Assembly (NCBI RefSeq): GCF_018350175.1
Contig: NC_058368.1
Span: forward strand, 136,030,001-136,094,000
Length of the DNA: 64,000 nt
Direction: 5' to 3'
From: Felis catus
Lineage: Eukaryota
The position numbers and the translations under genes were made by a program. The first letter of the stretch is position 1. Each line of letters opens with the position of its first letter. Positions 13,581 to 26,343 of the stretch are shown in pieces. The notes beneath the pieces are model-generated. The model was not told the DNA's origin. It did no database searches and saw only the letters and a program-made list of their open reading frames with translations.

Positions 13581-14331
13581 TGGGTTTTAAGTATATTTGT
13601 GGTTTTTATCTATGTTGATGGAGCTCTTTAGAAAATAAACTTTTGATTTGAGAATGACTTTAGATTTAGAGATCAGGTACAAAGATAAAACAGAAAGTTC
13701 TTATATTCCCACACCCAGTTTCTTAAATCATTGTGGTATGTTTGATTTAACTCACATTGGTATGTAGCCAACATTGGTACATTACCATCAATTCCAGCTT
13801 TATTTACATCTTAGCAGTTTTTCTACTCAGGTCCTGTTTTTTGTTTTGTAAGTCATAGATGGAGTTTTCTTCTCTGTTTTTGAATCTTTAGGTCCATTTT
13901 AGTAAGTTTCATGGATGAGTATTAAATGTGCACTCATTCCTCCAAATTTACTGGCTGTCTGCATTGTTATTTTGTGAACCATTTGCATTGCTGTTGCTGA
14001 GAACCATTCTAAATGTTTAATTTTTGCCGTTAAATACTTGATAACAGTGGGGTGCTTGGGTGGCTCAGTTGGTTGAATGTACGACTCTTGATTTCAGCTC
14101 AGGTCATGATCCCAGGGTTGTGGGATCTAGCCCCAGGTCTGGCTATGTGCTGGGCGTGGAGCCTGCTTGAGATTCTTTTGCCCTCTGCCCTGCTCGTATG
14201 CATGTGCACTCTCTCTCAAAAAAGAATATCAAAAACAGAAAACACAGAATTCTATTACAGTATATTTGAAAACCTAATGCAAACGTTTAATTGCATACAA
14301 CTGTTTTTATAACTTTTAACTTTGTGCTTAG

Positions 14332-14413
14332 TTGTCAGTTTCTCCAAAATCTGAAGTCCTGTGCAGAAGGGATTCCAGACGATCACAACCACTGTGAACT
14401 TTCTGAATTAACG
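14332..14413 (+). CDS. NAIP: NAIP coding exon (CQFLQNLKSCAEGIPDDHNHCELSELT), supplies the last BIR3 Cys
   Basis: gcttag|T...ACG|gtaacg, 82 nt; frame continuous. Confidence 0.92.
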
Positions 14414-15586
14414 GTAACGAACATCACCTTGTGAATTTTAACAGCATGTGATCATGTGATAGAAAAACATTTTTTAAGTTTGTTTGTTTGTTTGTTTGTT
14501 TGTTTAGGGAGAGAGCTGGAGAGGAGCAGAGAGACACTGAGAGAGATTCCCAAGTGGTCTCTGTGCTGTCAGTGTAGAGCCCCGTGTGGGGCTCAGACTC
14601 ACTAATTGTGAGATCATGACCTGAGCCGAAAGTGAGTTAGATGCTTAACTGACTGAGTCACCCAGGCACCCCTAGAAAATGGTTTTTGAACAGGAATTGC
14701 CCATCCTAAATAAGGAAATACGTTCTACAAATACCTATTAAGCACCTATCGTGTGCTAAGTATAGATGAGGATGCTATAATAAATAAGACTTAGCTTCAC
14801 AAAATGTAGAGTCAGTCCCTTCTACTTTGGGGCCCAGACTCTTAGACTTAGATCTGATTAGCATCCAGGCTACCTGGATTCCCTATGTGATCTTTATTTG
14901 GAAGACCTTAAAATTTGACTTGGCCTTTTTCTAGGGCTCAGAAGATAATATTTTTCTTTACAAAAGCAAATGACCAACTGATAAATCCAGATCATAGGTT
15001 GGTCCCTTTAAACTGAGAAATCCTACACTGTTCTCTGAGATCAAAGTCACTGTTAACCTAGTACAGATGCACCCACCTCTTCTTTGAGGCTGTATGTTAG
15101 ATCTTTTATGTCTTTCATTCTACGAAAAGAAAACAAAGTAACTTGATCTGCACTTGATGGAAAAATAAAACTGAAGAAGAAAGTCTGGGGATATCTCAGT
15201 AACTTATTTTGTAAGAAATACGATCTTCCAGATACCAGGTATGTATATTAAAAATGTGAATAACTATGGTCAGAAGCTGCACTCAGTTATGTTTGGAGGG
15301 CCCCTCTCGTTGCACACGTTGTGGTTCTTTTTGTCTGGAGAGGAACCACTGCCCGATTCACCCGTAGCATGTGTCATACATGGGCCACCTAGGAGACACT
15401 TGAGGGTATTTGCAGATCATTTATTGTTTCATATTTGTGCTGCTCTCCCCTTCAACCGGCATAAACATCTGGGCGGGGGCGGCGGGGGGGGGGGGGGCTT
15501 TGTTTAGATGTTTGGTCCCCAGCTGTGACATGATGCCCTACTGTCTTACATAGAATTTGATTTAACAGAGCATTTTATTTTCAAAG

Positions 15587-15644
15587 GACACCACAAGTGA
15601 AAGCTATGGTGAGGATTCAGCAGCAGTTAGTTCTGTAGTACCGG
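15587..15644 (+). CDS. NAIP: NAIP linker exon (DTTSESYGEDSAAVSSVVP)
   Basis: ttttcaaag|GAC...CCGG|gtaagg, 58 nt. Confidence 0.9.
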
Positions 15645-15761
15645 GTAAGGATTTCAAAGCGACACAGGGGATGATACGCATGTGTACCTGTATTTGTGTG
15701 TAGCAGATTGGAAGAGAGAGAGTACATCTTTGCAGCTCTGCCTTTTTTCTTCTCTCCACAG

Positions 15762-17867
15762 CAGCGGCCCAGGGTGAAGCCCAGTGGCTTCAGGAGGCGA
15801 AGAATCTGAGCGAGCAGCTGAGAGAATCCTATACCAGTGCCAGTTTCCGCCACATGTGTTTGCTTGAGGCCTCCCCCTCTCTGGCCACCGACCACTTGCT
15901 GGGTTGTGATCTAGCCCTGGCTTTAAAACACATCAGCAGTCCTGTGGAAGAGCCTGTGGTGTTGCCGGAGGTCTTTGCCAACTTGAACTCTGTCATGTGT
16001 GTGGAGGGCGAAGCAAGTAGTGGAAAGACAGTCCTGCTGAAGAAAATAGCTCTTCTATGGGCATCAGGATGCTGTCCCTTGCTGAACAGGTTCCAGCTGG
16101 TCTTCTATCTCTCCCTTAGTTCTACCAGACTGGACCAGGGGCTGGCCACCATCATTTGTGACCAACTCCTAAAAACGGAAGGCTCTGTCACCGAAACGTG
16201 CCTGAGGAACATCATCGAGCGGTTAAAGAATCAAGTGTTATTCCTTTTGGATGACTACAGAGAGATGTGCTCAGTTCCCCAGGTCATAGAAAAACTAATT
16301 CAAAAAAACCACTCAAGGAGCTGCTTATTGATTGGTGTACATACAAACAGGGCCAGGGACATCCGCCGATACCTAGACACGATTCTGGAGATAAAAGTGT
16401 TTCCCTTCTATAATACCATGTATTTATTACGGAAACTCTTTTCACACGATATGAGTTGTCTGCGAAAGTTTATGGTTTACTTTAGAATGAGCGAGAATTT
16501 GCGGGGAATTCACAAGACTCCTTTCTTTGTAACATCACTGTGTGCTAACTGGTTGCAGTATCCTTTGAACAAAGCCATTGATGGTGTGGCTGTTTTCAAG
16601 TCGTATATAGAATGCCTTTTCTTAAAGCACAAATCTGAAGCTGAACTTGTCAGAGCAACCGTGTCCTCTTGTGGCGAGCTGGGCTTGAAAGGTTTGTTTT
16701 CATCTTGCTTTGAGTTCAGTGACGATGACCTTACAGAAGCAGGAATTGATGAAAGGGAAGGTTTAGTCTCGTGCCTCTTGAGCAAATTCACAGCCCAGAG
16801 ACTAAGACCGGTCTACCAGTTTCTAAATCCCGCATTCCAAGAATTTCTTGCAGGGAAGAGGCTGATTGAACTTCTGGATTCTGACAGGCAAGAAGATCAA
16901 GATTTGGGACTTTCTTATTTGAAACGAATTAACTCATCAGTGACGGCTGTAGGTCTCTACAGCACTCTTTTGAATTACCTCTCCTGCCACCCTTCAACAA
17001 AGGCAGGGCCAAAGATTGTATCTCATTTGCTTCATTTGGCAGATAGTAAAGAGTCATTGGAGATAATATTGAAAAACAATAACTACTTGAAGCACCATCC
17101 AGAAATTTCAGAGAAGTTGGAATGTATGAGGTCATTGTGGCAGGTATCTCCAGAAAGTTACTTTTCCATCATTTCAAACCAGTTACTCTCTCTTGCCTTA
17201 AAAATTGCTTACCAAAGCCACACTGTTGCTGCCTGCTCTCCATTTATTTTGCAGTTCCTTCAAGGGAAAACCCTGAATTTGGATGTACTTAATTTACCGT
17301 ATTTTTTTGACCACCCAGAAAGCCTATTAGTGTTGAGGAGCATCCAGGTCTCCATAAGAGGAAATGAGGTACACACACTAGATTTGTCAATCTTGGAAAC
17401 ATGCATAGACAAATCACAGGCACCGACTGTTGATCAGGACTGTGTTTCTGCCTTTGAATCTGTGAGTGCGTGGAAGCAGGATATAGCTGAAAAAGAAGAA
17501 AACATAAAGCACTTTCAGAACCTGAGACTCGCGAAACTACCAGACATCAGTTCTGGCTACTGGCACCTTTCTCCAAAGCAGTACAAGATCCCCCTTCTGG
17601 AAGTGCATGTGTCTGGAGGGGCCACTGTGAACCAGGAGATGCTCAGGGTTCTCACAGTCATTTTCTCAGCCTCGCAGTGCATCGAACTCCATTTACAAAA
17701 CAGCGGGGAATTTATGGCCGGCATCAGCCCTGCTCTGGAGCAGAGTAAGGACTCTGTCACCAAGTGCTCAGTGTTCTGCCTGGAGCTGAGCACAGCAGAA
17801 CAGGAATTGCTTCTCACCCTGCCTGCCCTGGAGTCTCTTCAAGTCTTGGGGACAAGGCAGGTACCAG
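15762..17867 (+). CDS. NAIP: NAIP large exon: NACHT (NBD, HD1, WHD, HD2) and start of LRR
   Basis: ccacag|CAG...CCAG|gtacac, 2106 nt, open throughout (684-aa ORF 15854-17908); Walker A GEASSGKT, Walker B FLLDDY, WHD motif FQEFLAG. Confidence 0.97.
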
Positions 17868-19049
17868 GTACACCTGAATATATCTTAGCTGACTATTCTG
17901 ATGTGTAATTTTATTTTCTCACTCTTAGTTTTAGGTTGATGGAAACTTCTGAAAGCATGAGACCATAAATGCTGGCTGATAGAATAGATATAAGATAATC
18001 CTTTGACAAAAAGGGAATTAGATGACAAAAAAAAAAAAAAATAACCATTGACTAACTATTTTTTCAATAGGATTAGTGAAAGACCTCTGAATAATAGAAT
18101 GCTTTTTGAATAATTGACATAAAATTAAAATATTAACCAATGAAAGCTTTTTTCTTAAAGTTTGCTTATTGATTGATTGATTGATTGCACATGGGGGAAG
18201 GGGCATTGGGAGGGAGAGACAGATCCCAAGCAAGCTACGCACTGTCAGATGGAGCCCAACTCGGGGCTCAAACTCAAAGTGAGATCATGACCTGAGCCAA
18301 GGTCAAGAGTCGGCCACTTACCCGACAGAACCATGCAGGTGCCTCCCCAGTGAAGGCTCTTAATAACCAGACACAAATTACTTACTCGTAAAAGGATAGG
18401 GGAGCCTGGGTGGCTCAATTGGTTAAGATCTGACTTCGCCTCAGGTCATGATCTCACGGTTCCTGAGCGTGAGTCCCACATGCGCTGAGCTTGAGCCCAC
18501 TTCGGGTACAAGAGGAGCCTTGCTGCTCTTTCTCTCTCTCTCTCTCTCACTCTCTACCTCTTGTGGGATTCTCTTTCTTTCTCCTTCTCTCTGTCCCATG
18601 CTCACTTGTGCCCTCTAAATAAATTCATTCATTCATTCATTCATTCATTCATTCCATGTACCATGATGCTTGAGAATTACCCTTACCCTGCCTGCTTAAC
18701 AGAAGAAAGGGCTTGTACCCTCTCGGAAATAATCGCTCTCATTTGTGTCCCCTGTCACTTGTGTAAGCAATATTTGAGAGGTTTCAGTGTCGCCTTTGCA
18801 TTTATTCCTAGGTATTTTATTCCTAGGTATTTATTCCTAGGTATTTTAGACACTTTTGTAAATAGTATTTACGTTGTTTTTGTTTTTTTTTTAATTTTCT
18901 GCTGCTAGTATGGCTTTGGTTTTCAGCAGTTTGTTATATGCCTAGGTGTGCTTTACTCTGTGTTACCTTGCTGGAGGGTCACCGAACGTTATTAGGATCT
19001 GTGGGTAGATATTTATCCTCAAATTTAGAAAACAACATACTCTTTTTAA

Positions 19050-20700
19050 AATGCCTTTTTATGGTGAAATATTCCTAACACTTAACGTTTTAACCATTTT
19101 TGAGTGCACATTTCAGTGTCACTAAGTACATTTCCAGTGTTACACAACCAGCACTTTTATCCATTTCCAGAACGTTTTCATCGCTCCAAACGGTAACTCT
19201 GTACCAATGAAACAGTGCCTCCTTCCTCCACCAAGCCACTGATAACATCTATCCTACTTTTCATCTCTATGAATTTGTCCATTCTAGGTATTCCATAAGT
19301 GGAATCATACAACATTTTGGCTTTTTGTGTCTGGCTTGTTTCACCTGGCATATTTTCGAGATTCATTTGTATTGCAGCCTGTATCAGAACTTGCTTCCTT
19401 TGATAGCTAATCTTCCCATGTATATATCATGTTTTGTTTATCCATTCATCTGTTGATGGACGCTTGCTTTGTTTCTTCTGGCTATTGTGAGCAATGTTGC
19501 TATCAACATGGGTGTACAAATATCTTTTTGAGATCCTACTTGCAATTCTTTTGGATATATACCTAAAAGTGGGGTGCTGGATGATGTTAATAATTCTAAT
19601 TTCTTTGGAACCTCTAAACTGTTCACTACAGTGGCTACACCAGTTTATATTCCCACCAGCAATGTATGAGGGTTTCAGTTTCTCCACAACCTTGTCAACG
19701 CTTGCTGCTACATATATTTTTTTTAATTAGAAAGTCATCCAATTAGGTGAGAAATGGTATCCCGTTGTGGTTTTGATTTGCATTTCCCTAATGACTAACA
19801 GTGTTGAGCATCTTTTCATGTACTTACTGGTTATGTGTCCTTTTTTGAGACAGGTCTATTAAATCTTTGCCCATTTTTTTTTTAATTTTTTTAACATTTA
19901 TTTATTTTTGAGACAGAGACAGAGCATGAGCAGGGGAGGGTCAGAGAGAGAGGGTGACACAGAATCCGAAACAGGCTCCAGGCTCTGAGCTGTCAGCCCA
20001 GAGCCCGATGCGGGGCTCGAACTCACGGACTGCGAGATCATGACCTGAGCCGAAGTTGGACGCCCAACCGACTGAGCCACCCAGGCGTCCCTATCTTTGC
20101 CCATTTAAAAAATAATTTTTAACACTTATTTATTTTTGAGAGGAGAGAGGGAGAGACCGACAGACAGAACATGACGAGGGGAGATGCAGAGAGAGACGGA
20201 GACACAGAATCTGAAGCAGGCTCCAGGCTCCGAGCTATCAGCACAGATAGCTTGAACTCATGAACCATGAGATCATGACCTGAGCCAAAGTCAGACGCTT
20301 ACCCTACTGAGCCACCCAGGTGCCCCATTCCTTGCCCATTTTTTTAATTGTGTTATCTTTTTGTCTTGAGTTGTAGGAGTCTTTATAGAATAACTAATAT
20401 TGTAGTTAGTGAATCTTTAATGGACATAGGGTTTGAAAATATTTTCTATTTTGGAGATAGTCTTTTCATTGTGCCAATAATGTCTTTAAATGCACATAAG
20501 TTCTAAATTACTGTTTTTGATAGCATATCTAAGAATCCATTGTCAAAGCTAAGGTTATGAAGATTGACTCCTATCTTTTCTTGTGGTGACGGTTCCATTT
20601 TGAGTTAGCTATGTATGGTGGTGGGAAGTAGGGTCCAACACCATTCTTCTGCATGTCGAAATTCTGTCATTTCAGCACTGCTTGGGAAGATGGCTTACTT
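19050..20700 (-). mobile_element. L1 3' region (L1M-type) with two SINE insertions
   Basis: Antisense ORF2-end motifs (gttttgatttgcatttccctaatgactaa); decayed peptides in ORFs 19427-19687. Confidence 0.8.
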
Positions 20701-20928
20701 ATTTTTGTGCATCCAGAGTAGCACAGGGCTTCTCATAGAGTAATCAGTAGACACTACAAAAAGCAGCATGTTCATATATGTGCTTTCTAGAAACAAGAAT
20801 GTTTTATGATATATGGAAGGTTTTTATTTGAAAATAAGAAAATAGATTGCTGACTCAAAAGGACAGTTTCAAATTTTCCATTTGGAATTCCTTAGATTAA
20901 TAATGGCAAACTGTGTGCTGATTTCTAG

Positions 20929-21096
20929 GTAAACTTCTTACTAATTTGGACAAGTTCCTCTGCCTGAAAGAACTCTCTGTGGATCTGCGTCATCAACAAA
21001 ATGTTTTTGCACTCATTCCTGAAGAATTCTTCAATCTCCGCCACATGGAGAAATTATTGATCCAAATTTCAGCTGAGTATAGTCCTTCTAAGCTAG
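20929..21096 (+). CDS. NAIP: NAIP LRR exon (GKLLTNLDKFLCLKELSVDL...YSPSKL)
   Basis: ttctag|GT...CTAG|gtaagg, 168 nt, phase 1-1. Confidence 0.93.
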
Positions 21097-22560
21097 GTAA
21101 GGATGGCACTTTGATTGACGTGTTTTTGCATCGTTTGGAAAGGCAACTTGGCCAATAACTAAGAGTTACAGCTTTTGTAAATCTCAGGTTGTAGCCTGTA
21201 TCCATAATGAATTGTGGGAATAGCACTCGTCCTCATTAAGAAAACAGAGAACTGTAGGGGCACTTGGCTGGCACAGTCAGTAGAGCCTGCAACTCTTGAT
21301 CTTGGCCTGAGTTTGAGCCCCATAGTCAGTGTAGAGATTTAAAAAATCTTTAAAAAGAAAGCAGAAAGGTATTTGAAATTATTGAGCCCTTACTATACAC
21401 ATCCTAGCAATTGTTTTTTCCTTAAAACTTTTAGCGTTTTTATTTTTGAGAGACAGAGACAGTATGTGATTGGGGAGGGGCAGAGAGAGACACAGAGACG
21501 CGGGGCTCAAACCCACCAAAGGTGAGATCATGACCTGAGCTGAAGTCATACGTTTAACTGAGCCACCAGGTGTCCCGACATGTTAGGAATTGTTCTAAAC
21601 ATTTTACAAATATTAACCCATTTAATCTTCAGACCCTTCTATGAGGTAAGGTACTATTAATGTTACCTTAAAGCTAGGGAAATTGAAGTATAAAGAGGAT
21701 AAGTAATTTGCTTGAGGTCAACCAGCTAAGGAAATGGTAAATCTGGTAAATCTGGGATTCTAGGAGTTCTGATTACTCCTAAGTCTGCGCTTTTAACCAC
21801 TGGTAAAATGTCTCTCCAAACTATTTGGGAGAATTATTTTGATTTTATTTAATTTGCTCTTAAATTTCAACTTCCAGATCTTCCAGACTGGAGTGGAGGA
21901 GGGGGAATCTGCTGATGGGTAGCAATTGGAAGTATTATTTCCCCTTTTCTCACCAGCCTATGCTACTGATTGAACAACTTGTGCAGCCATCTTTCCTAAA
22001 TGCATCTTGTAACAAAATGACTTAGGTGTCCTCAATTCCTAGTTTAGTGAAGACTGAGCCCTACATATTGAAGCATTGTAAATCTCTGTGGAATTAACAG
22101 GAAGAGTTGCATGCTATAAAATTCTTTGAAGCTGAAAGTGGAAGTGGTAGTTTTCTTGTATTTGTCAGTAATTTTTACATCAAACTTAGGTTTGCATCAG
22201 ATTTGTCACGGCTGTTATGTTTCTTTGTATCATATTCCTACTGTGTAAATGCCGGTCACATGCAAACTTAAGTAAGACATTAGCATGTTAAAGCCTAAGG
22301 TGACCTTACTGAGTCTAAACTCTTAGCTCTTATTTTATAAAAGAGAAAACTGATCCCCAGAGAGTGTCAGTAACTACCCGTCCAAGTTAACATAACTCAC
22401 TGGTTAGTTGCAGAACTTGAACCTATAAGTGGCCCAATTCTTGGATCATTACTTCATGGTGCTTTGTTCTAACTCTGTATTGTTGAAACAGAATGATACG
22501 GCTAATTCTGAAAGAAATTTGCAATTTTCTCTAATTTCTGAAATCTTTGATATTTTATAG

Positions 22561-22713
22561 TGAAATTAATTCAGAATTCTCCAAACCTTCATGTTTTTCA
22601 TCTGCAATGTAATTTCATTTCGGATTTTGAATCTCTCATGACTGCACTTTCTTCCTGCAAGAAACTCAAAGAAATTAATTTTTCTGGATCATTTTTCACA
22701 CCCATCCCATTTG
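22561..22713 (+). CDS. NAIP: NAIP LRR exon (VKLIQNSPNLHVFHLQCNF...FFTPIPF)
   Basis: tttatag|TG...TTTG|gtaaga, 153 nt, no stops; absent from the ORF track. Confidence 0.94.
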
Positions 22714-23054
22714 GTAAGACCTAAGATCATAAAATTTTGGTTTTAGATGCATCTGTATGCACAGTCATTTTAGGCACTTTTAAAAGGTAAATTTTATTAA
22801 ATATGTACTTGAGGTCAAAGAATTAAGCTATTAGATCTGATTTTAAATGAATTTTCAAATAAGGTGTATTTGTTTCTGGAAGTTTAAATATTTGTAGTTA
22901 TCAGAATTATTTCCTGAGCTTTAATTATTTAGTCATACTAATTAATAAAATCCGAATTACTGTATTGATTTCAGTCATTTAAAAAATACTCTTTACATAC
23001 ATTTGTTGGTATAAAAAATGTAGCTGACATACCTATTTGTTTTCCCTTTTATAG

Positions 23055-23141
23055 TCACTGCTTTGCCAAATTTTATTTCCCTGAAGATACTAAGTCTTAA
23101 AAACCAACAATTTCCTGATAAGGAAACATCTGAAAAATTTG
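23055..23141 (+). CDS. NAIP: NAIP LRR exon (VTALPNFISLKILSLKNQQFPDKETSEKF)
   Basis: tttatag|TC...TTTG|gtatgt, 87 nt. Confidence 0.94.
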
Positions 23142-23599
23142 GTATGTTTGCAAAATTGTGCCTTTTACTTTTTATTCTTCCCCTGAAATCCTTCTTCTAT
23201 TTTGTGTAAGCCACAGCAGATCACTATAGGTATTAGCGGCCCTTACTCATTTGGAGGAAGGGGCAGGGCTGCTCAGCTTTGAGTCTCCAAATGCCTGATC
23301 TCACTTGATCTCATTCAATAGTCACTCATTCGTAGAGTGACTTATTTCTTTGAATACATGTTTGGTCATTACAGCATGATGCAATTTCATTGTCAGGGAC
23401 CCATTCCAAACCTGCTAAATCCCTGTTATGTCAAAGGTTTTTGGAATATAGATAAAACTATCTTTTCAAGGTTAAGAGAACTTTGTGAAAACTCAGAATT
23501 AACAAAATGGTAACTATCGAAGTTGCCTAAATACTTACTCAATTTTTTTATGATTACAAAAGGAATGTGTGCTCATGGAAGAATTCTAATAGATATTAA

Positions 23600-23988
23600 A
23601 AGATAAATGCAGGCATATTAGAAACTTTGAGAGTTCATTTGAACAAAAATGGATTTGAATCAGGCAGTGTCCAGTGAATGAAGGACATAGCTCTGAAAGG
23701 CTGAACCAAACGAAAGATTTTTTTATAGGCATAAGGGAGCAGGAACAGGGAAGTTATAGTAGACAACAAAGCAGGTGCGTTGGTTACTGTAAGGTTACTT
23801 TCCTTTAGAGGGGATGGCAGAGTTCTATTGGGTAGATTACCTAACCAGTGCTGATCTGGCGATTCCTGATTGGCTGGTTTTAGATTCCATTTCTGGGACA
23901 GCTCAAACTAAAAATTAAGTCTTGGCTTAGTGATGTGGGGCTAGGCAAAAGCAACTCATTTGGGGCTTTTTTCTTTTTTCTTTTAACA
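23600..23988 (-). mobile_element. Probable old ERV1-class LTR remnant
   Basis: Ends ...ttttaaca (TGTTAA on the minus strand); ttttatag TATA-like complement; family not determined. Confidence 0.4.
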
Positions 23989-24348
23989 CAGGAAAATATA
24001 AGAGGAGGCAGTGGAGACAGGGAGTATAGAGCAGTTGTGCTTCTCAAACATTAGCGTGATCACCTGGATGTCTTCCTCTTCCCTTGTCTCCTCTTGCCTT
24101 CCTTTGCAGGCAGCATGTGGCTGGGGGAGGAGCAGGAAGACTGAGTGGGGCAGAGGCAAAATTGAGGGGCCAAGGAGGTGGCTGGCATATACAACAAGTT
24201 GATTAAATAAATAATACATTAAGTATAATGAGAATCAAATTTCCTCATGGTTGGAGAAGGAATTGACAAATATTGAAAGGAGAGGCTAGGAAGAACTTTA
24301 AGGTATTAAATTAGATGTGGAAATACTGGTGTGGACTCATGGTTTTTA

Positions 24349-24505
24349 ATGTGTGTATATATATATATGTATATATATATACACATATATACACGTTTAT
24401 ATATGTATATATATACACATGTTTATATATACACACATATATATATGTGTGTATATATATACACACGTATAGTGAGCTACATATCTCTATATACACACAT
24501 ATACA
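24349..24505. repeat. Compound (TA)n/(CA)n microsatellite
   Basis: Directly visible. Confidence 0.95.
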
Positions 24506-25198
24506 TAACTCGGTCAACTGAGATATTAAAAAAGATCCTAGTATTAATGAGTGCCCCAAATGCCAGATCTTGACTCCTAAATACTGGCCTCCCTAAAAGG
24601 AACCACGGTCTTTAGAGAAATGGCTGATAGAAGAACTGGATGGAACACAGAATTTAAATCCCAAGCTTGGAACACTGTTGGATGCTAGAAAATGTTAAAA
24701 ATATTTCCAAGTCTAAGGTCTTAGAAGGAGATCACTTTCAAGTGATCCATAATGTACCAAGCCAAGGTGGGGTCGAAGTGCAAAGGTATAAGAGTAACGG
24801 ACTGTGAAGCTTTAGTGCTGGGAGGCAGAAGTAGAAGTCACTGAGGATGATATAGCAGGAGATAGGATTGAAAGGAAGGTGGCTGAAGCCATTTAAGAAG
24901 CTAGGAGAATATCCTGGAGGCGAGTAGAAGCTTGAGTCTAAAAAGGAAAAGGAAGTATCGTAGGCATTCTGGACCTCAGTGCAGGACAGATTGGTAGGGG
25001 GACGGTGGAGGAATTGTTGACTGGAGGTAGCAGTGAGGATCAAGGTGTAGGCTGACCCCTTTCTCTTGCCCTTTGGAGAGGAAGAGGAACAGCCTCCATG
25101 CTACATGGGGCCTCCTGGACTATGCATGATCTTGAGGCTATACATTACCATTATTTGGTAACACATTATTTGGTAACCTTTTTTGTCTCTTCTGATAG

Positions 25199-25363
25199 CC
25201 TACACCTTAGGTTCTCTTAACAACCTGGAAGAACTGGAACTTCCTACTGGGGATGGGATTCAGCAAGTGGCCAAACTGATCATCCAGCAGTGTCAGCATC
25301 TTCAGTTTCTTCGAATTCTCTCATTGTGCCAGATTTTGGATGATGACAGTGTGATGGAAATTG
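25199..25363 (+). CDS. NAIP: NAIP LRR exon (AYTLGSLNNLEELELPTGDG...DDSVMEI)
   Basis: ctgatag|CC...ATTG|gtgagt, 165 nt. Confidence 0.94.
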
Positions 25364-25539
25364 GTGAGTTAGCCTTAGATAAATGGTTTCAGCTTGCAGA
25401 AAAGCCAGTGTTAGTGTTCAAGCTTTCTCTTGCAAAATGTTGATAGCCTCCTGTTTGAGACCACACAGTGCCTCAAGTCTGTTTTGACTTTGTGTTCCTG
25501 ATACCAGGCCACATATCCTCCATACACTCCTTTTTATAG

Positions 25540-26276
25540 CGTTTTAAAAACTGAAGATTACACATACAGAAAAGTACACAAATCCTAAGTGTACAGCTCA
25601 ATAAATTATCCAGTAAACATACATCAACATTTTATTAACCATACTTGGTGGTTAACCATACTTGGTGGAAATCACCCAGATTACAGAGTATTGCAAAGAT
25701 CACAGAAGCCTACTTCCTGTGTGCTCTGACAACATTCCCCTCCTTTCCACAGGTGACCATTAGACCCCTTTTGTTCACCATAGATTAGTTTCACTGTTTT
25801 AAACTTTTATGTAATGGAATCCCTCCCAGTATGTACTTTACCTTTTTTGGCTCACCTTTATATTCATTGCATATTGCTACATGTGGCTAGCGTTCACGGA
25901 TTTTCATTGCTATGTATTATTCTACTCTATGACTATATATACTTCAACTTACCCATTCAACTGGGTATTTGAGTTATTCTCAATATTTGACTAGTGTGAA
26001 TAATGCTATGAACATTATTATGCATGACCTTTGATGTATGTATGGAAGTATGTTAGGGGCGGAATATGTGTCACATGGTATAGACAGATTTCAGTTTTCC
26101 ACAGTTGTACCAATTTACATTCCTACCAGCGGTTGTGTCACATTATGGCCTGTACTTGTACTGTCAGATCTCTGAACTTCAGCCATTCTGATGGATCTGT
26201 AGTAGTATCTCATTGTGGATTTTTTTATGTTTTATGATGGGTAAATTTCAGCAACTTAGGTTTTTTTGCTTTTTTT

Positions 26277-26343
<67 letters not shown>

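Noticed and set aside
15854..17908. 684-aa ORF as a standalone intronless gene
   Set aside because: It is an internal NAIP exon bounded by splice sites at 15762 and 17867
18801..18847. Triple tttattcctaggtat repeat, also ttaaccatacttggtgg twice near 25633-25667
   Set aside because: Short slippage duplications in decayed L1-like sequence; no spacers, not CRISPR-like
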